This document shows positions 9,314-17,520 of a stretch of 64,000 nucleotides of DNA, piece after piece. Both the position numbers and the translations under genes were made by a program. Each line of letters starts with the position of its first letter. Position 1 is the stretch's first letter. Source of the DNA: Patescibacteria group bacterium (GTDB taxonomy: Bacteria; Patescibacteriota; Saccharimonadia; UBA4664; SCTI01); NCBI GenBank assembly GCA_004297735.1, contig SCTI01000002.1:256160-320159 (forward strand). Direction: 5' to 3'. The notes beneath the pieces are model-generated. The model saw nothing but the letters and a program-made list of their open reading frames with translations. It had not been told where the DNA came from and ran no database searches.

Positions 9314-11074
9314 TTAACTGTCGTGCTCTCCGAGTAGCGCTTGGTACTGGGTGAGCAAAGTATGAACAAGCTGCTGGTCGCCCTTATCTTGGGCTTCACG
9401 CAACTTGCGGCTGAGCTTGGTTTTGGTGTCTTTATTGGAAGCAATTTGCAGTCTTCTTGCCAGCTCGAATACTTCGAGACTGCGATCTGCGGGAGCGAAT
9501 GAGCCATATTCCTCTTCACCCCGTAATGCCAGGATTTTAACATAATCTGCCTGATTTGGCAACCGAGCGGCTACGGTCTCTAAATCAGCGTTACCCACCC
9601 TCTGGAGGGTTTCGACAATCAGCTGGTGATCGGGATCACTAAAGTGGGCGGGGGTTAGATCTTCTAGGCTCAGTCGCAGCTCGGGGTAACAAAGGTTGAG
9701 CGCCAGCACCGACTCCTCCAGCAGCAGCTTGGCTGGCTTAGCAACCGGCACGGTTTGAGTGGCTGCTGGGCGGGGCGGTTCGGCCACTGGAGCAATCGGA
9801 GCTGTTTTGGCGGTTTGAGATAATTTACGCTGAATCACATCTGGTGAACTATCCAACTTATCGGCCAGGCGCTTTACATAATGATCCTGCTCCACCGGGT
9901 CGGCCAGCCGTCTAATGCTGGTTACCAAGTGGTCGCTATACTGTCGTTTGCCCTGAGCCGTTGATAAATCATACTCATCCGCCAACCGATCAAGCAGGTA
10001 ATCCATGGCCGGCTTAGACCTAGCTATCACCTGCTTCCATTCGGCTGGTCGCTGAGCTAAGTCATCGGGGTCGCTGCCGGATGGCAGTTCTACCACCGAT
10101 AAATTAATTGGTAACTTCTGACTCAGCTCAATCGCGCGCTCGGTTGCCTTTAGTCCAGCAGCATCGGCGTCAAAACACAGCTTAATGTTGCGAGTTAGTC
10201 GGCTTAGAGTCTTAAGCTGATCAGCGGTCATAGCGGTGCCACTCATCGCTACCACCTGGCGTACACCCGCTTGATGGCTCGAAACCACGTCCATGTTGCC
10301 CTCGACAATCACCACCTCATCCTGCTCGCGAATGGCCGGCTTAGCCAAGTGCAAGCCAAAAATCACCCTGCTCTTATCGTATAGCGGGGTTTGTGGAGAG
10401 TTTAAGTACTTCGGCTCCTGCTCTGGCGCTAGCACTCGGCCGGTAAAACCCACCGTACGGCCTTGGTCGTCACAAATCGGGAACATCAACCTCGCCCGAA
10501 ACAAGTCGTAAACGGTGGACTTGCCAGCTTTTTGACCAGCCAGGCCAGCCTGCTTAAGTTGCGCTTGGCTAATACCTTTCTTTTCTAAGAAGTTGGTTAA
10601 CGCGTTCCAATCATCGGGAGCATAACCAATCTCAAAATCTTTAATCGTCGGTTTGGTTAACTTGCGCTGCTTAACGGCATATTCCAGCGCGCCTCGGTTT
10701 TTTGCCAAACTGGCGTGATAATACTGAGTGGCCAGCTCCATTACTCGCAGTAAATCTTCTTGCTGCTTTTTTGCCTTGGCGTCCTCGCTTGAACGTGGCT
10801 TAAGGCTGACACCGGCCTGGCGGGCCAGCTTTTCGAGGGCCTGACGGAACTCAATGCCCTCATACTTCATTACAAACTTAAAAATGTCGCCACCCTCGCT
10901 GCAACCAAAACAGTGCCAAATGCCCTTTTCGGGACTAACCATAAAACTAGCACTTTTTTCATTATGAAACGGGCAGGGCGCCTTTAAGTTACGTCCGGCC
11001 GGTTTAAGCTGTATGTAGCTGCCAACCACCTCCGCTACATCAAGCCGCTCTTTAATCTGCTCGACGTCGGTCAT
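9314..11074 (-). CDS. dnaG: DNA primase
   Basis: CPFH..HCFGC zinc finger, KYLNSP, EGNMDV, FDADAAG; start MTDVEQ at 11074, 6 nt after TATAAT. Confidence 0.97.
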   Translation of the reverse strand: MTDVEQIKERLDVAEVVGSYIQLKPAGRNLKAPCPFHNEKSASFMVSPEKGIWHCFGCSEGGDIFKFVMKYEGIEFRQALEKLARQAGVSLKPRSSEDAKAKKQQEDLLRVMELATQYYHASLAKNRGALEYAVKQRKLTKPTIKDFEIGYAPDDWNALTNFLEKKGISQAQLKQAGLAGQKAGKSTVYDLFRARLMFPICDDQGRTVGFTGRVLAPEQEPKYLNSPQTPLYDKSRVIFGLHLAKPAIREQDEVVIVEGNMDVVSSHQAGVRQVVAMSGTAMTADQLKTLSRLTRNIKLCFDADAAGLKATERAIELSQKLPINLSVVELPSGSDPDDLAQRPAEWKQVIARSKPAMDYLLDRLADEYDLSTAQGKRQYSDHLVTSIRRLADPVEQDHYVKRLADKLDSSPDVIQRKLSQTAKTAPIAPVAEPPRPAATQTVPVAKPAKLLLEESVLALNLCYPELRLSLEDLTPAHFSDPDHQLIVETLQRVGNADLETVAARLPNQADYVKILALRGEEEYGSFAPADRSLEVFELARRLQIASNKDTKTKLSRKLREAQDKGDQQLVHTLLTQYQALLGEHDS

Positions 11075-11130
11075 AGTCCTATTATACACCGACAGAACCA
11101 AACAAAAAGCGAAACTATAAAGACGAATAC

Positions 11131-11156
11131 GGGCCGCCCCCTGGTTGGGGCGGCCC
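11131..11156 (-). terminator. GC-rich hairpin after the orphan nuclease-like gene
   Basis: GGGCCGCCCC-N6-GGGGCGGCCC 10-bp perfect stem. Confidence 0.55.
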
Positions 11157-11171
11157 TCACACACGTGCGGG

Positions 11172-11909
11172 CTAGAACGGGATGTCGTCCTTCTTTTCTT
11201 TCTTGGGCACGAAGGGGTTGAATTCAGTGAAGTCGACAACCACGAAAGGCCTCATCCGGCCGACCTCGTAGTATCTTCTTCCCCTTAGGTCCTCGATGTA
11301 CACCTCGGCTTGCGAGGTGCCGAAGTTCATCCTCATGTAGGGTCCAATCAGTCCGCGAAGACCACTCGCCATTACGGCGGCGTACTTACGATCGGAATCT
11401 TCCTTCTTGCCGAGGACGTAGGCCTGGGTGCGGTTGAACCAATTTCCAGACTTTAGGTCAAACCCCCAGCCGAGAGAGGTAACACCATCAAGCGGCGAGT
11501 TGTAGTGATCCGACCACGTCTCCTCGCTGACCACCCCGTAGGGGCCAAGATCTACAACCAGTTCACGAAAGACCTGCTCGGAAATCTGACCCATCTTGGT
11601 GCGAGTAAGGCCAGGGATATTGCTTGAGCTGCCCTTTTTTAGAAGGTTTTGGCGCTCGGCCTCCTCCAGGTCAAGTTCATGACCAAGAGGGCACTTCGCA
11701 ATCGGCTTGAGCATCTCCGCAACCGGCATAAGCGAGCCGCAGAATGAACAGCGACTAAAGCCTTCCGGGGCATCAGAAAGGGAGGCTGGATTGGTACGCC
11801 GACGACGAATTGTGTGGTATCTGCCCTGAGGCTCAGAAAGGGCGGCGGTCGCAAAAGTTGCTGCACCCTCCCCCTCATTGCGAAGTCGAGCACGACTAAT
11901 AACAACCAT
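11172..11909 (-). CDS. Orphan Zn-finger plus putative PD-(D/E)XK nuclease with C-terminal DDIPF tail
   Basis: CSFC...CPLGH; helix with E then PLDG...GFDLKS; GAGGAGG Shine-Dalgarno; ends KKEKKDDIPF. Confidence 0.6.
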   Translation of the reverse strand: MVVISRARLRNEGEGAATFATAALSEPQGRYHTIRRRRTNPASLSDAPEGFSRCSFCGSLMPVAEMLKPIAKCPLGHELDLEEAERQNLLKKGSSSNIPGLTRTKMGQISEQVFRELVVDLGPYGVVSEETWSDHYNSPLDGVTSLGWGFDLKSGNWFNRTQAYVLGKKEDSDRKYAAVMASGLRGLIGPYMRMNFGTSQAEVYIEDLRGRRYYEVGRMRPFVVVDFTEFNPFVPKKEKKDDIPF

Positions 11910-11986
11910 TTGTCCCCTCCTCTCTAGGGCGGACGTGTGTTAAAGATCGTCAGGTAAGATTACTCCACCTCACCATAACAACTTTC

Positions 11987-12015
11987 ATTATGCTCTGGCT
12001 TAATTGAAAGCTCAA
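11987..12015 (-). promoter_or_regulatory. sigma70-like promoter for the orphan nuclease-like gene
   Basis: TTGAGC-17 nt-CATAAT on the minus strand. Confidence 0.45.
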
Positions 12016-12046
12016 GAGGAAACTGTTCGGAATAAGTTCGGTATAA

Positions 12047-12225
12047 GTCCTAGTGGGAGGTGGCGCAGCGTGATGCCGCGCCACCCGTTCACGATCGAGG
12101 GGCCTTGGGGCGATAGGAGCGAACCGGTGCGGGTGGACCGGTACGACCCGGCTTTGGGCGCGGGCGGATCAGAGCGATTCGTCTAAATCCGTTGCCAGCA
12201 GCACGAACCGCCTCCACACTTGGAC
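12047..12225. ncRNA. Candidate ~180-nt fold-back RNA (6S-like or fold-back mRNA)
   Basis: 12047-12084 pairs imperfectly with 12191-12225; additional internal stems. Confidence 0.35.
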
Positions 12226-12413
12226 CCCTGCCCTGCGAATCCTTCTTTGAAGCAGAAATTTTGAACTCCTTGCTCTACGCAAAACCTTCTGCGCAAGTTG
12301 GTGCAACCGTGCCCTCTATTTATATGATGGTGACGCTTTTAAAGCAACCAACGCATAAATGCTTTTAAGCAAATTTAAGCATTATTAATTGGAAGTAATG
12401 CCGAAGCTTAATT

Positions 12414-12782
12414 CTAGTGATATAAACCCGGGTTGGCGCCATGTGGCTGCATGTGGATACTCATGACCGGCTGGGTATGAGCCACCGGACCATGCTGGTG
12501 CAAAAAGGCCTCGGTCATCTTAATTTTGTCGCGAACGGCAATACTATGGCTGCCTTCAATATGTTCAACCGCTGCGCCAATGCCGGGATGACTCATGGTC
12601 TCCACCACCCTAAAGCGCTGACGATCCATAATACTGTTATGCCCCTGAACTTCAACTAAATCCCCCACCCGAATTTGCTGATGATGAATATCTTGCATCC
12701 GCAGCACGACTGGGGTGGAGTGCTTAAGCAGCAAATCATGTGGCTGCTTAGTGACGGCAATGGTTCGCGCCAATTGAGACAT
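12414..12782 (-). CDS. His-rich ASCH/PUA-like domain protein
   Basis: Pattern LRMQD..HQQIRVGDLVEV...FRVVE resembles ASCH 'RLND.KR..I.VGD.I.F'. Confidence 0.5.
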   Translation of the reverse strand: MSQLARTIAVTKQPHDLLLKHSTPVVLRMQDIHHQQIRVGDLVEVQGHNSIMDRQRFRVVETMSHPGIGAAVEHIEGSHSIAVRDKIKMTEAFLHQHGPVAHTQPVMSIHMQPHGANPGLYH

Positions 12783-12826
12783 GGTTAGTTCTCTTTATAT
12801 AGGTATTATAGCGCTAAAATAATTTC

Positions 12827-12916
12827 TGGCGGAGAGAGTGGGATTCGAACCCACGATACGGTTGCCCGCATACACGCTTTCCAAGCGTGCGCCTTCAGCC
12901 ACTCGGCCACCTCTCC
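12827..12916 (-). tRNA. tRNA-Ser(GGA)
   Basis: Cloverleaf with long variable arm; anticodon arm CACGC-TTGGAAA-GCGTG; encoded CCA. Confidence 0.96.
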
Positions 12917-12974
12917 AGACCTGGAAATTATACCTGAGCCTGGTTGATTTTGGTAGTTGCTGTAATATTAACGT

Positions 12975-13688
12975 ATGGCCTTAATCGAATTAAAGAAAAT
13001 TCATAAGCACTACGTTACCGGCGACACCGAGACGGTGGCGCTTGCCGAAATTAATCTCAATATCAACGAGGGTGAGTTTATCTCGATAATTGGCCCCTCT
13101 GGATCCGGCAAATCAACACTAATGCATATACTGGGGCTGCTTGATTCCCCCACCAGCGGCGAATACAAGCTAAACGGTGATCAAATGGTCAATCGCAGCG
13201 ATAAAGAGTTGGCTCGGTTGCGACGCGACTCGATTGGCTTTGTGTTCCAATCATTCAACCTATTAAATAAGTTAACCGTGCTCCAAAACGTCATGCTACC
13301 AATGGCTTACGCTGGGCTCTCAACCCGAAAGCGTAAAGAAAAGGGCCACGAGCTGCTGCGCCGAGTGGGAATCGAAGATAAAGCAGCCAGTCGAATCAAT
13401 CAAATATCGGGCGGTCAGACTCAGAGAGTGGCGGTGGCTCGGGCGCTCGCAAACGATCCCAGCTTGATCCTAGCGGACGAGCCAACCGGCAACCTTGATA
13501 CCAAGTCTAGCGCCAAGGTGATTGAGCTACTAAAGGGGTTGAACGACGAAGGTCACACCATCGTGATTGTGACTCATAACCCCGAGATTGCCGAGATGAC
13601 CGACCGGGTAATTGAGATTAAAGATGGCGCTATTGTAGCCGATCGCAAAGCAGGATCGCTTAAGCGCCAACGAAAGGCGGTTGTATGA
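12975..13688 (+). CDS. ABC transporter ATP-binding protein (MacB/LolD-like)
   Basis: GPSGSGKST, ISGGQTQRVA, LADEPTGNLD. Confidence 0.93.
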   Translation: MALIELKKIHKHYVTGDTETVALAEINLNINEGEFISIIGPSGSGKSTLMHILGLLDSPTSGEYKLNGDQMVNRSDKELARLRRDSIGFVFQSFNLLNKLTVLQNVMLPMAYAGLSTRKRKEKGHELLRRVGIEDKAASRINQISGGQTQRVAVARALANDPSLILADEPTGNLDTKSSAKVIELLKGLNDEGHTIVIVTHNPEIAEMTDRVIEIKDGAIVADRKAGSLKRQRKAVV

Positions 13689-14899
13689 TCTGGGAAAATC
13701 TCAAAATGGCCGGCCGTTCAATTATGAACAACAAGCTGCGCAGCTTCTTAACCATGCTGGGTATTATCATTGGGGTTGGAGCGGTGTCGGCGGTGATTGC
13801 GATCGGCAATGGCGTTAAAGCCTCAATCACCAATCAGGTAGATGAGCTTGGTACCAATCTGATTCAAGTTAACCCCGGGCAGGGCTTTACCGAAGAGGGC
13901 GGTGGCGGGGCGGCCAGCTTTGCTTCGTCGCTGGGTGCCTCAACCCTGACCGAAAAAGACGTAGCCACCATCAGTGGTATCGACGGCGTAGCGGCGGTGG
14001 CTCCAGCCATGCTGGTATCTGGTGCCCCAAGCCTTAATGGCAAAGTTGCGGCCGGATCGATCGTGTTCGCCACTACCGGTGACTACGATGAGGCGGTTAA
14101 AACCGAGATGGAAAATGGCCACTTTTTAGATACTGGCGAGACCAAGCAAGCGGTAATTGGCAGCAAGGTTGCCGAAAGTCTATTTGGCAGCTTAGATGTT
14201 GCTGGCAAAGAGATAACCTTGCGCAACCAGCAGTTCCGAGTGGTTGGCGTAACCAAAAAGCCTGATAGCGAATCCTTGAACTTAGGACCAAGCCTCGATT
14301 CGGTGGTTTATATCCAGTTTGAGGACGGTAAGACCTTTAATAATGGCACCGCCAACATCAATGAGATTGAGGTTAAGGCGGCCGACCCCAACCGGGTTGG
14401 CGAGATTAAGCAGGCGATTAAAGATAAGGTTAAAGTTAACCACGACGGCGAAAGCGACTTCTCGGTCTCTGACGCCAAGGAGCAGCTCAAGGTGTTTGAC
14501 AGCATCCTGGCAATCATGACTAGCTTTGTGGCGGGTATTGCTGGTATTTCTCTACTGGTTGGCGGCATTGGCATTATGAACATTATGCTGGTATCAGTGA
14601 CCGAACGTACCCGTGAGATCGGCTTACGCAAAGCGATTGGCGCCACCAGCGGTATGGTACTAAGCCAATTTTTGATTGAGGCGGTGGTGCTTACCCTGCT
14701 AGGCGGAGTTCTGGGGCTCGGTTTTGCCTGGCTGCTTGGTTTAATTATGGAATTAGCGGCCAACATCAAGCCGGTCTTTACGGTTGAAGCGGTGGTGGTG
14801 GCCTTTAGTATCTCAACCATAGTTGGCATCATTTTTGGTATTGCGCCGGCAATTAAGGCGGCTCGAATGAAGCCGATCGACGCGTTGCGCTATGAATAG
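13685..14899 (+). CDS. ABC transporter permease (MacB/FtsX-like)
   Basis: RSFLTMLGIIIGV, GGIGIMNIMLVSVTERTREIGLRKAIGA. Confidence 0.93.
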   Translation: MIWENLKMAGRSIMNNKLRSFLTMLGIIIGVGAVSAVIAIGNGVKASITNQVDELGTNLIQVNPGQGFTEEGGGGAASFASSLGASTLTEKDVATISGIDGVAAVAPAMLVSGAPSLNGKVAAGSIVFATTGDYDEAVKTEMENGHFLDTGETKQAVIGSKVAESLFGSLDVAGKEITLRNQQFRVVGVTKKPDSESLNLGPSLDSVVYIQFEDGKTFNNGTANINEIEVKAADPNRVGEIKQAIKDKVKVNHDGESDFSVSDAKEQLKVFDSILAIMTSFVAGIAGISLLVGGIGIMNIMLVSVTERTREIGLRKAIGATSGMVLSQFLIEAVVLTLLGGVLGLGFAWLLGLIMELAANIKPVFTVEAVVVAFSISTIVGIIFGIAPAIKAARMKPIDALRYE

Positions 14900-15278
14900 G
14901 TTACCGATCTGGTTTGAGCGAGTTGAGGGCGGCCTGATTTTGTTTGGTGCCAGCGCGCTCTACTTTACACTCGGCAATAACTGGCTGACTTTCGTGCTAC
15001 TCTTCTTTATTTTTGACCTATCCTTTGCTGGCTACCTGGCCGGCCCGCGAGTGGGAGCGATTATCTACAACCTGGCTCACACCTTAACCTTTCCAATTAT
15101 TTTGATCGCGCTAGGTATTACAGCTCAGACACTACTACCAGCTGCCAGCTTCGGCCTGATTTGGCTGGCTCATATTGGTTTTGACCGAGCTTTAGGCTAC
15201 GGGTTGAAATATCCCGATGGCTTTACTCACACCACCCTTGGTTGGATCGGTAAAGATAAGAGCAAGAACCGGGTTTAA
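14892..15278 (+). CDS. DUF4260-like membrane protein
   Basis: DLSFAGYL.GP..GA..YN..H; HIGFDRALGYGLKY..GF.HT.LG. Confidence 0.8.
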   Translation: MNRLPIWFERVEGGLILFGASALYFTLGNNWLTFVLLFFIFDLSFAGYLAGPRVGAIIYNLAHTLTFPIILIALGITAQTLLPAASFGLIWLAHIGFDRALGYGLKYPDGFTHTTLGWIGKDKSKNRV

Positions 15279-16297
15279 CCCAGCTCTTTTTTAAGCTTCT
15301 CGATTAACTCAACCGGCACCGGATCTACCTGGTTAAGCATTGCCAGATAGGTTGCGACGAAGTCGCCTAAGAGCATGCTCCACAACATCTGCTGTAGCTT
15401 GGTTTGACCCTGTGCCGTCACAATAATTGGCGCCGGCATGGTTCCGCTAAGCAAGCGGTTACTGACCTCAAAGCGTTTAGCAACTCGATCGTTATCGAGG
15501 CTGGAGTGAAGCTGAACCACTCGCATTAAGCTGTCTTTCGGGTTGCCCCACCCGATGAACTCATTGTGATTAAACTCCGGCAGTTGATTCCAGAAAGCAA
15601 TATTCTTGGCGTTCTCGTTAAAATCAATCTTCCACTTCATAGCGGGCATAGCAAGAGTCGGGCCACCATACATCACGACTGGATGACCAACCAGTTGCTT
15701 GGCAATCTGCTTGGCAACATTGTCATCCTCTGGAATATTTGGCGCAAAGTGCGAAATCTCATCAAGCAGCCACTTGGCGGCGGCTTCAAGCTCTGCCACC
15801 ACACCTTCAACCAACTTAAGCTGTTCGAGCAGTACAGCAATTGCTTTGGCCTCATACAAAACTGCAAATCGGGGCTGCATGCCGGCTGGGACCTCAATAA
15901 GAGTGCCGGCGTCACTGCTTTCGGCCAGCTTGCCCCCGGCAGTCATTCGCACCATGGTCGCTCCGGTTTGTGTCACCTGCCTTAAGCAACTCAGCGTCTC
16001 TTCGGTGTTACCGGAATAGCTCGATACAATCACCAAGCTATTTTCGCCAACATAGGCGGGCAGATCATAACCGCGCACAATCTCAAACGGAACGGCTAGT
16101 CGGTCGCTCAACCAACTGCGAATAAACTCGGCGGCCAGGGCTGAGCCACCCATGCCAGTTAAAACAACATTATGAATCTGGTTGGCTGCCGGCGCCTCAA
16201 ATTTATACTGATAGCGCAGTTGTTCCGGTTGTCCCGCCACCATGGCAAAGCCATCGGATCGATCAAAACGAGCAATATATTTTGGGTCGTCGAGCAT
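15275..16297 (-). CDS. Bifunctional phosphoglucose/phosphomannose isomerase (SIS)
   Basis: GMGGSA, SYSGNTEET, QPR, NENAK, PEFNHNE. Confidence 0.92.
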   Translation of the reverse strand: MLDDPKYIARFDRSDGFAMVAGQPEQLRYQYKFEAPAANQIHNVVLTGMGGSALAAEFIRSWLSDRLAVPFEIVRGYDLPAYVGENSLVIVSSYSGNTEETLSCLRQVTQTGATMVRMTAGGKLAESSDAGTLIEVPAGMQPRFAVLYEAKAIAVLLEQLKLVEGVVAELEAAAKWLLDEISHFAPNIPEDDNVAKQIAKQLVGHPVVMYGGPTLAMPAMKWKIDFNENAKNIAFWNQLPEFNHNEFIGWGNPKDSLMRVVQLHSSLDNDRVAKRFEVSNRLLSGTMPAPIIVTAQGQTKLQQMLWSMLLGDFVATYLAMLNQVDPVPVELIEKLKKELG

Positions 16298-16360
16298 ACA
16301 ATCTCCTTTCCCCTATTGTACAAGATGAGGCTCCGGAAAGAAGTATAAAAGCGCTTAGCC

Positions 16361-16384
16361 AACAAAAAACCGGCCTGAGGCCGG
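16361..16384 (-). terminator. Intrinsic terminator ending the GC-rich unit
   Basis: Minus strand CCGGCC-TCA-GGCCGG followed by TTTTTTGTT. Confidence 0.75.
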
Positions 16385-16405
16385 GGTTCAGCGGTTAAGC
16401 TGGAA

Positions 16406-17339
16406 ACAAGATAGAACGTAGGGCGCTACGCACGGGACGGCCAAGGCCGACCGCCCCGTTGCGTAACTGCCGCGAGTATGTAGTTTTTGGCCGAAGCCAT
16501 CTAACCGGGCATTAGCCCTCCTTCATCGAGGAACAGTGGGCGTTCCAGCACTACGAGGTAGTGCTTTTTGCGCCCTGGTAGAAGCTTGGTCTGATGCGGG
16601 GGCGCGAGACCGGTCGGCTCGTCCACTAGGAGTTGCCTCCTTTTTGGCGAGTTAACACAGCGCCTCGCGCCTCTCACCGCGTCAGTTGTCCGCGCGTACT
16701 CGAGGGAGGCAGTCAGACTGCGACTGTCGAGCGGCGGAACGTCCCGGTTGGGGCGCAAGATACTTCGTGTTCGAGTACTGCCCGGGAACGGCTCTCAGCC
16801 TAGGGCTGATCGAGCCGTTCCCGGCGCCGAGAGGTTCCTACGTGAGCGGGACGACCTCGGGCGCGCCACGCGAGCCGGTCGAGGTGCGGCCGGCGGTGCC
16901 GCCGCCGTCGCCGGCGACGTAGCCGGCATCGAGGGCGATGTTCGTCGCCGCGCGCTCGTGCTCGAGGGCGGGGCCGACGGAGAGGTCCTGCGAGGTGTTG
17001 CAAAGCCACTTCTCCGAGCCGACGTCGGTGACGGTCGGCGGGGCGTGCGTCGTGACGCGGATACGCATCAGTCCTTTCGGGCACTGCGATGGAGTGAATG
17101 GACTATAACGGCTCTTTGATGGAAGGGGTTTGGCATTCTAATGCCGGAGCTGGTGTGCTCCACTTCCACTTTTGAGCGTTTTTTGCAGAGAGACCCGCTC
17201 GGGGCAGAGGTGTTGAGAGAGAACCTCTCGCAACCTACAGCCACCGTATCGGGTGACATTGCGGGTGTCTCGGGCAGTAAATCACCGTTCATGCGAACCG
17301 TAACTTGCTGCCCGAGACATTGTCTACGTTCTATCTTGT
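16406..17339 (-). ncRNA. Candidate large structured RNA closed by a 16-bp stem, with an embedded small ORF
   Basis: Perfect inverted repeat 16406-16421 / 17324-17339; many internal hairpins; flanked by promoter and terminator. Confidence 0.5.
16838..17068 (-). CDS. 76-aa orphan with extreme GC3 bias
   Basis: AAAGGA Shine-Dalgarno; by manual count 72 of 76 codons end in G/C; strong hairpin follows at 16782-16824. Confidence 0.65.
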   Translation of the reverse strand: MRIRVTTHAPPTVTDVGSEKWLCNTSQDLSVGPALEHERAATNIALDAGYVAGDGGGTAGRTSTGSRGAPEVVPLT

Positions 17340-17393
17340 CAAAGAAATAGTTCCGAGCTGGTGTTGGTTAAGCTCACAACTATATGGTTATGG

Positions 17394-17422
17394 ATTCTAA
17401 CAAAAACTGTTAATTTTGTCAA
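17394..17422 (-). promoter_or_regulatory. Near-consensus sigma70 promoter
   Basis: TTGACA-17 nt-TAGAAT pointing into the GC-rich unit. Confidence 0.7.
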
Positions 17423-17463
17423 TAATATTTATGGTTTAAATGTGAAACGATTGAACTTATACC

Positions 17464-17491
17464 AAAAGGAGGCCCTGCTAGGCCTCCTTTT
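17464..17491 (-). terminator. groEL terminator
   Basis: AAAAGGAGGCC-CTGCTA-GGCCTCCTTTT. Confidence 0.8.
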
Positions 17492-17520
17492 GACTTGAAC
17501 AAAATCTTTTTGGTTTGAGT

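Noticed and set aside
11075-11239. N-terminal extension of DnaG in the ORF track
   Set aside because: Overlaps the upstream gene and hairpin; TATAAT-N6-ATG supports 11074
12010-12030. GAGGAAAC resembling the RNase P RNA GAGGAAAGUCC motif
   Set aside because: Motif is incomplete and the matching 3' conserved region is absent
16460-16500. Minus-strand AKNYILAA resembling a tmRNA tag
   Set aside because: No stop codon after LAA and no tRNA-Ala-like ends
16748-17119. Alternative ORFs in the GC-rich islet (123 aa +, 94 aa -, 78 aa +)
   Set aside because: No clear SD, and the codon-position bias supports only 16838-17068
16406-17339. IS element or retron suggested by the 16-bp inverted repeat
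   Set aside because: No transposase or RT, and no target duplication directly flanking the repeat; a non-autonomous element is not fully excluded
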